DNA of 64,000 nt, taken from the IMG/VR virus record IMGVR_UViG_3300017917_002374, positions 124,001-188,000 of that record, one strand, 5' to 3'. Position numbers and translations under genes: made by a program. Shown piece after piece: positions 45,028 to 54,801 of the stretch; position 1 is the first letter of the stretch, and every line of letters begins with the position of its first letter. The notes below the pieces were generated by a model that was not told the DNA's origin, made no database searches, and was given only the letters and a program-made list of their open reading frames with translations.

Positions 45028-45824
45028 GTAAAGGATATTTGGTCATGGCACAAGGGGGATATATTAAGCAGGCAGAATATTTGGCGCTTAGTATTCATAA
45101 AACCCAAAAAGAAATAAAAAATATCAGTGTTATAACTGATCAGCCTACAGACTGTAAATTATTTGATCAGGTATTACCATTACCTGATACCGATATGGCT
45201 AAACATGCTGATTGGAAAATACACAATCGTGCGCAGTTTCTTGATTTAACACCTTACGAAGAAACTGTGATTCTTGATGCTGACATGCTTTTTCTTACAG
45301 ATGTTAGTCATTGGTGGAGCAATTTTAGTCGTTATGAGCTGTTAATCACAAATAAAGTTTTAACCTATAGAGGCAATTGGGTTACCCATAGTCCGTATAG
45401 AGAGACCTTTGTTGAAAATCAACTGCCAAATGTTTATTCTGCATTTACATATTTTAAATCTCAAGGAGTTACTAAAGAATTTTTTACCTTGATTAAGTCT
45501 ATGGTATTAAACTGGGATGAATGGACAGCACATTACGCTCCTAGTAGTACACAACTTTGGCCCAGTATAGATTTAGCCATGTCCATGGCAGTAAAAATCC
45601 TAGGGTGCGAAAATCATGTTACCAGCGACCGGCATTACCCAACATTTACTCATATGAAAAGTGGATGCCAAGGATGGAAAAACTATGCTGAAGATTGGCG
45701 TCTACATCTACCAGTTCATGTTCGTCAGAATCAATTAAGATTAGGAAGTTATGTACAAAGTGGTGTTTTACACTATGTGATTAAAGATTTTGTAAATCCA
45801 ACAATTATGGATATCTTCAAATGA
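45024..45824 (+). CDS. GT-A (GT8-like) glycosyltransferase-like protein, paralog of previous
   Basis: TPYEETVILDADMLF, SIDLAMSMA, FTHMK. Confidence 0.6.
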   Translation: MSKGYLVMAQGGYIKQAEYLALSIHKTQKEIKNISVITDQPTDCKLFDQVLPLPDTDMAKHADWKIHNRAQFLDLTPYEETVILDADMLFLTDVSHWWSNFSRYELLITNKVLTYRGNWVTHSPYRETFVENQLPNVYSAFTYFKSQGVTKEFFTLIKSMVLNWDEWTAHYAPSSTQLWPSIDLAMSMAVKILGCENHVTSDRHYPTFTHMKSGCQGWKNYAEDWRLHLPVHVRQNQLRLGSYVQSGVLHYVIKDFVNPTIMDIFK

Positions 45825-46351
45825 ACTTTTTATACTACGATAAAGATACCGGAGCAATTAAAGCTATATCACCAGTTTTAGATTCTAGTATATCTGATCC
45901 ATATATCAAAATACATCCAGATCTTGGGCAAGATTTTTATTCAGGCAAAAAACATACACATCAATACGCTGTAAATTATCGTGGAGAACTTTGCGAAAAA
46001 CATAATCCTGGCAAACAAAATTCTTCAGATAACAGAATTTATTGTATTCCTTATTGTTCAGATTCACAGAGTGAGTTTTTATTAGAACAAAACTGTACAA
46101 ACAAAAGCATCAAATTGAGCCTAACCCCTGAAGCTAGTGCATGGTGGCAAAATAACAATTGTTTTGGACAAACACATTATTTTATTGTAGCTTGCCCTCC
46201 GCAAGATCCTTATTTCTATTACTGGACATTTGTATTTGAAATATCTCAATTAATTAAAGGTTCGGTAATTTATCATTATCAAGGTTCTGATAATTTAAGT
46301 TTTTTTACTAGAAAAATTTTTGAAAGTTATTGTCATGTCAAACATTATTAA
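45821..46351 (+). CDS. Hypothetical protein
   Basis: Coupled ORF. Confidence 0.65.
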   Translation: MNFLYYDKDTGAIKAISPVLDSSISDPYIKIHPDLGQDFYSGKKHTHQYAVNYRGELCEKHNPGKQNSSDNRIYCIPYCSDSQSEFLLEQNCTNKSIKLSLTPEASAWWQNNNCFGQTHYFIVACPPQDPYFYYWTFVFEISQLIKGSVIYHYQGSDNLSFFTRKIFESYCHVKHY

Positions 46352-47978
46352 ATTGCACGAGCTTGATTGTATATTTTTAAGCTACGACGAACCAAATGCC
46401 GATTACAATTACGCAGATTTACTTTCAAAAGCGCCTTGGGCTAAACGTGTACACGGAGTTAAAGGCAGCGATGCAGCACACAAAGCCTGCGCAGATCTTA
46501 GCGAAACCGAACATTTTATAACCGTTGATGCAGACAATATAGTAGATCCAAAGTTTTTTGACTTATCTTTTGACTTAGATAATTTTGGCACTGGTGTAGA
46601 AAGTCAACTGAGTTGGAGCGGAAGGAACAATATCAACGGCCTTGTTTATGGCAACGGTGGATTAAAATGTTGGACTAGACAGCATGTATGGCGTATGCGT
46701 ACTCATGAACAGGCCGAAGATAATACCAATCAAGTGGATTTTTGCTGGGATCCTTATTATCACCATGTTGAAGGGTGTTTTAGTATAGTATACAACAATG
46801 CCAGTGCTCTTCAGGCATGGAGAGCTGGGTTTCGCGAAGGTGTAAAAATGAGTTTGCTTTCAGGAATAAAATTGTCAAATCCCAAGCATGGCAACTTTAA
46901 AAAACAGCTTCCAAAACAAAATTATCAAAGACTAATGGTTTGGATGACTGTTGGCGAAGATGTTTCATACGGATTATGGGCTATATACGGAGCACGTATG
47001 GGTTGCTATATGACCAATTGCACAGATTGGGATTACACTCAGGTGAGAGATTTTGATTATCTTGATTCATTGTTCAAAGAGCAAGAACTTTTGATAGATA
47101 ATGAACCATTGCTTAGACAAGCATCTGTTCAACTTGGAGAAAAACTTTCTACCCGACTGAATCTTGAATTTGCTAATTTTAACAAACAACAAAGTTCTTT
47201 TTATAAAGAAACCAATGTATATCTTCCTCGCAGTAATCAAGTTATCAACAAATCATTGACTTTTATCACAGATATACAATTGCCTATTTACTACGATGTT
47301 GTTTTTATTAGTAACGGCGAACCTCATGCAGATACAGTTTATCAGCGTTTACTTAACAAGTGCGGAGATAAAATTAAAATACATCGGATTGATAATGTCA
47401 AAGGAATATTTAATGCACACAAGGCCGCAGCTAATATAGCTAATACAGAAATGTTTTTTGTTGTTGATGCTGATGCATGGATTACAGATAATTTTTCATT
47501 TCCTACAGTAAACGAAATCAACGACACTAGATACAATTATATATATTATAGTGTAAATCCTTTGAATCATCTCTGTTATGGACACGGAGGCCTAAAAGTT
47601 TTTCCTAAGCATGTGTTTGACCAACCACTAGATGAATACGTTGATATGACGACCTCAGTTGGACAAGGAATAAAAATTCTTCCAGTTATTAGCAACATAA
47701 CCAAATTTAACACAGATGCATTTAGTACTTGGCGGACTGCATTTAGAGAGTGTGCTAAATTAAGTTCAGGAATCATTGCAGAACAAGTGCATTACGATAC
47801 AAAATATAGATTAGACGTTTGGACCAGTTATGCATCTGGAGATTTTGCAAACGAATGCATTCAAGGAGCAATAGCCGGAAAAACCTATGGCATGGAAAAT
47901 AAAAACAATTTAGAAGCCATGCAACGTATTAATGATTATGAATTTTTAGAAAAATTGTATAAAGAAACAAATGGCTAG
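46335..47978 (+). CDS. Tandem two-domain GT-A-like protein
   Basis: Two homologous halves, each with EP.AD, VKG..AH.A, VDAD, YG.GGLK, WR..FRE..K. Confidence 0.65.
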   Translation: MSNIIKLHELDCIFLSYDEPNADYNYADLLSKAPWAKRVHGVKGSDAAHKACADLSETEHFITVDADNIVDPKFFDLSFDLDNFGTGVESQLSWSGRNNINGLVYGNGGLKCWTRQHVWRMRTHEQAEDNTNQVDFCWDPYYHHVEGCFSIVYNNASALQAWRAGFREGVKMSLLSGIKLSNPKHGNFKKQLPKQNYQRLMVWMTVGEDVSYGLWAIYGARMGCYMTNCTDWDYTQVRDFDYLDSLFKEQELLIDNEPLLRQASVQLGEKLSTRLNLEFANFNKQQSSFYKETNVYLPRSNQVINKSLTFITDIQLPIYYDVVFISNGEPHADTVYQRLLNKCGDKIKIHRIDNVKGIFNAHKAAANIANTEMFFVVDADAWITDNFSFPTVNEINDTRYNYIYYSVNPLNHLCYGHGGLKVFPKHVFDQPLDEYVDMTTSVGQGIKILPVISNITKFNTDAFSTWRTAFRECAKLSSGIIAEQVHYDTKYRLDVWTSYASGDFANECIQGAIAGKTYGMENKNNLEAMQRINDYEFLEKLYKETNG

Positions 47979-49341
47979 CACTGTCAATTTTTACAAATCT
48001 GTCAAGGAAGCATTAGACGCAGTAGGCCCAGGTATGTGTTTGGCCAAATGGTACCAAGTTACTCTGCATCTTGAGAACGGGCATAATCATAGTTGTCATC
48101 ACCCTAAAACTCATAAAACTCCTTTAGAAGAACTAGACAAAACTCCAGATGCTTTGCACAATACAGTTTATAAAAACACAGTTAGAACCATGATGCTAAA
48201 TGGCCAGCGTCCAGATGAATGTAGATATTGTTGGAATATAGAAGACACTGTGACCAATGAATCATTAGTGTCCGATCGTGTGTTAAAGAGCAGTTGGGGT
48301 ATTGAGAAACTGCCAAACATTATAGAACAAACAGTTGCCCTTGGCAACAACAGTCAACCACCACCAAGCCACATGGAAGTCAGCTTTAGTACCACTTGTA
48401 ATTTTGCATGCAGCTATTGTAGTGCAGATGTAAGCAGTAGTTGGATGAAAGAATTACAAGAACACGGCAAGTACCCAACAGAGTACCCTCTAATTTCAAT
48501 TGAACAAATACAGCGTGATGGAAAAATTCCTATATCAGACAGAGAACATAATCCGTACATTGAAGCATTTTGGAAATGGTGGCCTGATCTGTACTCTCAC
48601 TTGCAGGTGATGAGGATTACTGGTGGAGAACCTTTACTAAGTCCGCATACATTTAAAGTTTTTGATTGGATCAAAAACAATCCTCGTCCAGATCTTGGGT
48701 TGGCACTAAACAGTAACATGGGGGTGCCTGCTCTGTTAATTGATAGGTTTATAACTAAAATTAAAGATATTCTGCATAACGATCTAATTAAAGATTTTAC
48801 ACTGTACACTAGTTGTGAGGCACATGGTTCAAACGCAGAGTACATACGTCATGGGATGAAATATCAACAATGGTTAGACAATTGTAGCAGATTTCTTCAA
48901 GAGATACCACAGGCAAAAATTAGTATCATGGTAACTTATAATGCCATGAGTACTGTGTCATTTTTATCATTTTTACAAGACGTAACCAATTTAAAAAGAA
49001 AATTTAAAAATCGTCTTTCTTTAGACATTGTATACATGGCTAATCCAAAATGTATGACTATTGACATTTTATCAAAAGAATTTTTAGTTTATATTGAACA
49101 GCAGATGAAATATATATCAATCATGCATGCTCAAGGACTTTATAATGATTGGGAACTTCATAAAATACGTAGATTACAGGATTATTTTGAATCCAGGCTC
49201 AAGGATCCAATGAAAAATTTAGATGTTTTTAGAAGAGATTTTAAAGTGTTTGTTGATGAACATGACCGACGTAGGGGTACAAATTTTTTGCAAACTTTTC
49301 CACAGATGAAAGAATTTTACACATTATGCAGCAATTCTTAG
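47971..49341 (+). CDS. Radical SAM protein with auxiliary Cys cluster
   Basis: CNFACSYC, ITGGEPLL, extra CLAKW..CHH..CRYC. Confidence 0.88.
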   Translation: MASTVNFYKSVKEALDAVGPGMCLAKWYQVTLHLENGHNHSCHHPKTHKTPLEELDKTPDALHNTVYKNTVRTMMLNGQRPDECRYCWNIEDTVTNESLVSDRVLKSSWGIEKLPNIIEQTVALGNNSQPPPSHMEVSFSTTCNFACSYCSADVSSSWMKELQEHGKYPTEYPLISIEQIQRDGKIPISDREHNPYIEAFWKWWPDLYSHLQVMRITGGEPLLSPHTFKVFDWIKNNPRPDLGLALNSNMGVPALLIDRFITKIKDILHNDLIKDFTLYTSCEAHGSNAEYIRHGMKYQQWLDNCSRFLQEIPQAKISIMVTYNAMSTVSFLSFLQDVTNLKRKFKNRLSLDIVYMANPKCMTIDILSKEFLVYIEQQMKYISIMHAQGLYNDWELHKIRRLQDYFESRLKDPMKNLDVFRRDFKVFVDEHDRRRGTNFLQTFPQMKEFYTLCSNS

Positions 49342-49880
49342 ACCTTAACAAAGATGCATTTAGCAGTGGTCAAATAGGTAGCAAGCTATGGCTGTGCAAA
49401 CAACTTGAATTAACTGATCTTTATAGTAAAGAAACAGCTATCTATGGTGGTTGGTATGGATTAACCGCATTTCTTTTGTTAAGTAGATCAAAGTTCAATG
49501 TTGAAAAAATACGCAGCTATGACATTGATCCTGCTTGTGTACCAATAGCGGACATGATTAATGAATACTGGGTATGGCAAGATTGGAAGTTTAAAGCATT
49601 TACAGAAGATTGTAATCATCTTTATACCGAAGCAGATTTAATTATAAACACTTCAACAGAACATTTTGATGGTTTTGGCTGGTGGCACAATATCAAAAGT
49701 GGTACCGCAGTTGCTTTACAAGGCAATAATATGAGGCACGATGACCATGTTAATACCTGCGGTTCTTTAACAGATTTTTGCGAACAGTTTCCATTAACCA
49801 ACGAAATTTATAGAGGATCATTAGAATTTAATTATCCCGAATGGAGTTTTGAAAGATACATGATTATCGGCATTAAATAG
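49326..49880 (+). CDS. Putative class I methyltransferase
   Basis: IYGGWYG, SYDID, LIINTSTEH, LQGNN. Confidence 0.55.
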   Translation: MQQFLDLNKDAFSSGQIGSKLWLCKQLELTDLYSKETAIYGGWYGLTAFLLLSRSKFNVEKIRSYDIDPACVPIADMINEYWVWQDWKFKAFTEDCNHLYTEADLIINTSTEHFDGFGWWHNIKSGTAVALQGNNMRHDDHVNTCGSLTDFCEQFPLTNEIYRGSLEFNYPEWSFERYMIIGIK

Positions 49881-49884
49881 TATT

Positions 49885-50520
49885 ATGGAAATTGAATGCG
49901 GACCGGAGAATGATAAACGCACTCTAAAAGTATCTTTACCTCCAGTAGAAAAAGTAGGTGTATTTGTAAGCGGGGGTATTGATAGTGCTTTATTATACTA
50001 TCTACTTCTAGCAGAGAAGTATTTTTTACAAAGCAATCACCAGATTTACCCAATAGTAATCTACAGAAAAGAAGGGTCAAAATATTTTGCTGAGCCGGTA
50101 ATTAAAAAAATAAACAGTATTTTTGATCATGCTCTTCCTACAAAACGGCTTGGTAACACAACATTGCCCGAAGTACAACAGGTAAAATCAGCAGTTGAGC
50201 AAGCATTTCGTCTTCCGCCATATTTTCAAAGTGTTTTTATTGGAGTAATACAAAACAGACCAGAGCACGTTGTTGGGTTTGATCCAATACCACTACCCGA
50301 AGAAAAAGATAACGTGCTGATGCCTTTAAAGCATTTAGAAAAAACACATATTGTAGATTTATATTTTAGATTAGGAATTAATCATTTGCTTAAATACACT
50401 CATAGTTGCGATCAAAATGAACAATTATTGTGTCATGTTTGTAATGGATGTAGAGAACGGGCATGGGCGTTTGATCAATTAAATTTACAGGATCCAAGAA
50501 CAAATGAATCTCACACATAA
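49885..50520 (+). CDS. QueC-like PP-loop ATPase
   Basis: SGGIDS and C-x7-CxxCxxCxxR Zn motif (HSC...CHVCNGCRER); ATG 5 nt after TAAATA. Confidence 0.65.
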   Translation: MEIECGPENDKRTLKVSLPPVEKVGVFVSGGIDSALLYYLLLAEKYFLQSNHQIYPIVIYRKEGSKYFAEPVIKKINSIFDHALPTKRLGNTTLPEVQQVKSAVEQAFRLPPYFQSVFIGVIQNRPEHVVGFDPIPLPEEKDNVLMPLKHLEKTHIVDLYFRLGINHLLKYTHSCDQNEQLLCHVCNGCRERAWAFDQLNLQDPRTNESHT

Positions 50521-51256
50521 CGATAAAGTGCGAGGGTTACAAGTAATTAACCACATCGCATCTATAGTTGGCATATCATTGGCTTTTTATTTTCAAGAAT
50601 GGTACTTGTTCTTAGTGGCTTTACTAGTCTACTGGGCCATTGGAATTTTAGGAATTAATGTAGGATATCATCGCTTGTTAAGCCATAGATCTTTTAAAAC
50701 TCGTCTATGGACTGAAAAACTGTTAAGTGTTATTGGTATACTTACTACTGTAGGTTCTCCACTAGCATGGGTAGCAATACATAGACAGCATCACAGACGT
50801 GCAGAACATCCAGGCGATCCACACAGCCCATATCTAATTGGAAACTTACGGGCATGGTTTGGCATATGGCCTAAAATTAGACTTGATTTAAAACTTATCC
50901 GAGATCTGCGAGAACAAGAATTTCAAAGATGGTTACATAAAAACTATTTTGTTATAATTTTTGCCTATGTTGCTATACTAGCTTGTATCAATCCGTGGCT
51001 TGTTGTTTTTGCTTATTGTTTACCTGCTTGTTTGTGTTTGCATTCTTCAAGTGCGATCATTGTAATTGCTCACAGACATGGATATGTTACTCATAAAGTA
51101 AATGATCACAGTCGTAATAGTTGGATTGCAAATTTGATTACCATGGGCGAAGGTTGGCATAATAATCATCACGCTAAACCATATGCATGGAGCAATTGGG
51201 AAAAATGGTGGGAATGGGACATACCTGCACTGATTATACGAGTTATCAAAAAATGA
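50504..51256 (+). CDS. Membrane fatty acid desaturase (delta-9-like)
   Basis: His boxes HRLLSH, HRQHH, HNNHH; GEGWHNNHH. Confidence 0.92.
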   Translation: MNLTHNDKVRGLQVINHIASIVGISLAFYFQEWYLFLVALLVYWAIGILGINVGYHRLLSHRSFKTRLWTEKLLSVIGILTTVGSPLAWVAIHRQHHRRAEHPGDPHSPYLIGNLRAWFGIWPKIRLDLKLIRDLREQEFQRWLHKNYFVIIFAYVAILACINPWLVVFAYCLPACLCLHSSSAIIVIAHRHGYVTHKVNDHSRNSWIANLITMGEGWHNNHHAKPYAWSNWEKWWEWDIPALIIRVIKK

Positions 51257-51870
51257 ACGCTATCAAATTAAAAAAACAATTTGATTTGCACTCGTATCAA
51301 CTTGAGGGCTTAACAACACAATTTGGTCTTATTGTTAACGGTGTCTATCGCGGAATAAGATATTTTAAGGTACAGGACAAAGCTGCTCTTAAGTTACTAG
51401 ATATGATTCCTGAGCGATATCAATCAAATTTTGATTTTAGTTGGGTTGAAATTAATTGCAAGATTCCCATACATGTGGATTCTATAAACCAAAGTGTGAT
51501 TAATATATATTACAAGACCGGTGATGCAGTAACTAACTTCTATAAACCAAAAGTTAAAAATAGTTATTATTTTGATCAAACAAACGCATACCATCACAAC
51601 GAGGTTGATCAAGAATCCACACAATGGTTTCAAGAAGAAAATGTTGATTTAGTTGAAAGTTTTATAGCTCACGAGAAAGACGGCTGGGTATTAAATACTT
51701 CACAGCCTCACAGTGTCAACCCATCAAATATTTTAAACGGCGAAACCTTTGAAGTTAACGGCGTTATATATAGCTGCGATATTTTTCGAACTTTTGTTCA
51801 AATTTACACCGCGACTTATCAATTTGATCAAGTCTGCGAAATGCTTCAAGCTACAGGATACATTGACTAA
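51253..51870 (+). CDS. HxD..H jelly-roll oxygenase-like protein
   Basis: IPIHVDS...LNTSQPHSV. Confidence 0.5.
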   Translation: MNAIKLKKQFDLHSYQLEGLTTQFGLIVNGVYRGIRYFKVQDKAALKLLDMIPERYQSNFDFSWVEINCKIPIHVDSINQSVINIYYKTGDAVTNFYKPKVKNSYYFDQTNAYHHNEVDQESTQWFQEENVDLVESFIAHEKDGWVLNTSQPHSVNPSNILNGETFEVNGVIYSCDIFRTFVQIYTATYQFDQVCEMLQATGYID

Positions 51871-52637
51871 TGAAAAAATACGGTAAAAACTTTTGGATGT
51901 GGTTCCTTCCTGCACATGTGTTAGGATTATTAGGTTTATTTTATGCGCTGGATAACCTATTAACTCTTTTTTTTCTTTGGTTTGTTATAGGTGTTGTTGG
52001 CAACGGCGTGGCAGCACATAGATATTTCGCGCACGGTCAATTTAAAACTTGGAAACCAGTTCGCTGGGGCCTCGCACTATTAACAACCCTAGGAGGCATT
52101 GGGCCTATTAGTTATTGGACTATTCAACACAAAGCTCATCACCTTTTTTCAGATACAGAGCTTGACCCTCATTCTCCTAAACACAAAAACATATGGCAAG
52201 TATTTTACTCATGGACTTTTCCCCAGGGACAAAATCAACAAGAATACCTCAAACATCGTTGGGCAAAGGTACTAGCAGCAAGACAAATGCGCGATCCTAT
52301 GTTTAGATTTTTTCATAATCACCATTACACTATTATCTACTTGTTCTGTTTATTGTTATTTGTAATAGATCCGGTACTACCATTAATCTATTGCTTGGCT
52401 TATGCAATAGACTTTTTTAAATTAGGTCTGATTAATTTTGTATGTCATAACTATGGCTATAAAAATTTTATTGGCAACGATTCAAGTACAAATAACTTAT
52501 GGCTTGGGTGGCTTACTCTAGGATTTGGATGGCATAATAACCATCATGCCAATCCTGGAAAATTAGTGCTTCAAGAAAAATGGTGGGAAATTGATATTGA
52601 AGGATATATAGGTAAACTATTATCTAAAAAATCATAG
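51870..52637 (+). CDS. Membrane fatty acid desaturase
   Basis: HRYFAH, HKAHH, HNNHH. Confidence 0.92.
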   Translation: MKKYGKNFWMWFLPAHVLGLLGLFYALDNLLTLFFLWFVIGVVGNGVAAHRYFAHGQFKTWKPVRWGLALLTTLGGIGPISYWTIQHKAHHLFSDTELDPHSPKHKNIWQVFYSWTFPQGQNQQEYLKHRWAKVLAARQMRDPMFRFFHNHHYTIIYLFCLLLFVIDPVLPLIYCLAYAIDFFKLGLINFVCHNYGYKNFIGNDSSTNNLWLGWLTLGFGWHNNHHANPGKLVLQEKWWEIDIEGYIGKLLSKKS

Positions 52638-54080
52638 ATTAAAAATCATAGTTTTGTAGATTTCAAATAATCGTTTTTTATCTCTTGCGTATTGACGCCA
52701 GGGTAGATCACTGGCAGGTATGTTTTTTAAATCTTTAATGTCGTAGCCATAACTTAATAAGGCAAATAAAAACCAAGTTGACGGTGTATTTTTTCCATAT
52801 AGTCCATGTGCGTTAAATTCTTCTGCAAGCTCTAATGCTTTAGAATATGTAAAATTGTCATTATACCAGTGCCCGTCACTGTCAATAGTATATCCGTATT
52901 GTGCAAAATTTATATCAAACTCGCTTTTGTAATGCGTGTCTGATCTAATGAACAGCGGAAACCATACATCATTAATAGGTGATTGTTGGCACCATTCGTG
53001 TGTTTGTCTAATGGTATTTTCTGTATCGTGTGGTAATCCTATTATAAAACTACAAGTGATAGGTATTTCTTTTTTCCACTGATTATCGTGCAAATCAAGT
53101 AAAAAATCTTTGACTTTGGTTGGACTCATTCCTTTACCAATTACTTTACCAGTGCGATGATTCAGAGTCTCAATTCCAAAAAATGCAGATCCAAGCCCCA
53201 TTTCATAAAGCAAATTTATTTGTTCTTTGTGATGATAAATTAAATCTAATCTTAAGTAAGTAACAAACTTAATTTTAAAAGGTAAAGATGTAATCGCTTG
53301 ATGCAATCTCTCTAGTTTGAATGTACTATCGTTAAATGTATCGTCAGTAAAATAATAATTTGTAGTTCCATATAATTCGTAGTTTTTAACTAACTCATTC
53401 TTAATGTGTTCTGGATCTCGTAGATAATCAAATTTCTTTTTTCCATTAAGTGGATAAGCACAAAACTTACATTTAAAAATACAGCCTCTACTAATTTCTA
53501 TTGGTAAAGTTTCTTTAGGCAACACACAGTCGTGCTTGTGCCATTTATGATCCATGTGTTCAATATCAAAATGATCCGCGGCACCGTCTATAATACTAGT
53601 AGTACCTTGCATGGGCCAAATTCTTTTTGTTTTTTTCTTGATATTGATCAAATATTCTACAACACTTTGTTCACTATATCCATGAAAAATTGCATCAAAC
53701 AAACTATCATTTTTAATCTGATGACTTTGTGCACCACCTGCTAATAATTTTAATCCAGGATATTTGGATTTAATTTGTTCTAAACTTTGACGTATTGTGG
53801 TAGGAATAACTGTTTCAAAATTACGATCAGCACTAATAAATTTTTTCTTAGTGGTTTCGTTAAAATAGAAACTAGTAGATACCCCAATAGCCAGAGTGCT
53901 TTGATCAACAAACTTATCCAATAAACTATTGATTTCTTCTAGACTAAAATGATCAGTAAAATCAATCACCTGGCAGCTGAATCCGTGATCACGGCAATGT
54001 GAGGCCACTTGGTAAGCTCCAATAGATCTTTGCCAAACAGGACCAGCTGTGTTTGTTAGTATAACCAAATCAACGGACAT
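52632..54080 (-). CDS. B12-binding radical SAM enzyme
   Basis: N-terminal cobalamin-type domain (GAYQVASH, GVSTSF, GGAQ), SRGCIFKCKFC, TDDTFN, FGIET. Confidence 0.88.
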   Translation of the reverse strand: MSVDLVILTNTAGPVWQRSIGAYQVASHCRDHGFSCQVIDFTDHFSLEEINSLLDKFVDQSTLAIGVSTSFYFNETTKKKFISADRNFETVIPTTIRQSLEQIKSKYPGLKLLAGGAQSHQIKNDSLFDAIFHGYSEQSVVEYLINIKKKTKRIWPMQGTTSIIDGAADHFDIEHMDHKWHKHDCVLPKETLPIEISRGCIFKCKFCAYPLNGKKKFDYLRDPEHIKNELVKNYELYGTTNYYFTDDTFNDSTFKLERLHQAITSLPFKIKFVTYLRLDLIYHHKEQINLLYEMGLGSAFFGIETLNHRTGKVIGKGMSPTKVKDFLLDLHDNQWKKEIPITCSFIIGLPHDTENTIRQTHEWCQQSPINDVWFPLFIRSDTHYKSEFDINFAQYGYTIDSDGHWYNDNFTYSKALELAEEFNAHGLYGKNTPSTWFLFALLSYGYDIKDLKNIPASDLPWRQYARDKKRLFEIYKTMIFNL

Positions 54081-54138
54081 AATTTTTGTACTTGCGAAGT
54101 GAGAGTATAACTACTTATAACAAGAACGAGAAAGAAAA

Positions 54139-54801
54139 ATGAAACTAGCACTTATTACCGGCGGTACCAAAGGTATCGGAAAAGCCATTGCTGAAGTTCT
54201 AAAAAATGAATATGAAGTTGTCACTGTTGGTAGATCTAATTCTGCTACAGAACCGGGTGATCTTAATGATAAAAATTTTAGACATTATCTAGCTACTAGG
54301 TATACCCCCGATGTGTTTGTCAATAATGCAGCACTTTTATCTTATAACCTTGAAACCATGATCAACATGAACGGTATCATAGCTGTTGATTTACTTTTTA
54401 GGTTCTACGAAAAAATGCCTAGCGGTAAAATAATTAATGTGAGCAGTATTAGTGCAGAAAAAAACTTTTTAGCAAAAGAACCTGAAATACGCATTGCTTA
54501 CGCAACTGCTAAAAAATATTTAAAAGATGTTTCTCTAGCTTTATCTTATAGTAAAAACAAACCAGTTAAGGTTATGTGCGTCAGTCCTGCTGCTACTGAT
54601 ACTGACATGATAAAATCTATTTCTAATAACTATCAACCACTTGAAGAACACTATACCAACTACGATTGGAATACAAGTATTTGTTGGACTAGGCCGCACG
54701 AAGTTGCAAATATTGTTAAATGGATGATTGATCAACCAGAATGGATTAATATTCCCGAACTAGTAATTGATAACCATTATTCAAATGCAATTAATTGGTA
54801 A
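54139..54801 (+). CDS. Short-chain dehydrogenase/reductase
   Basis: TGGTKGIG, VNNAA, NVSS, YATAK. Confidence 0.9.
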   Translation: MKLALITGGTKGIGKAIAEVLKNEYEVVTVGRSNSATEPGDLNDKNFRHYLATRYTPDVFVNNAALLSYNLETMINMNGIIAVDLLFRFYEKMPSGKIINVSSISAEKNFLAKEPEIRIAYATAKKYLKDVSLALSYSKNKPVKVMCVSPAATDTDMIKSISNNYQPLEEHYTNYDWNTSICWTRPHEVANIVKWMIDQPEWINIPELVIDNHYSNAINW

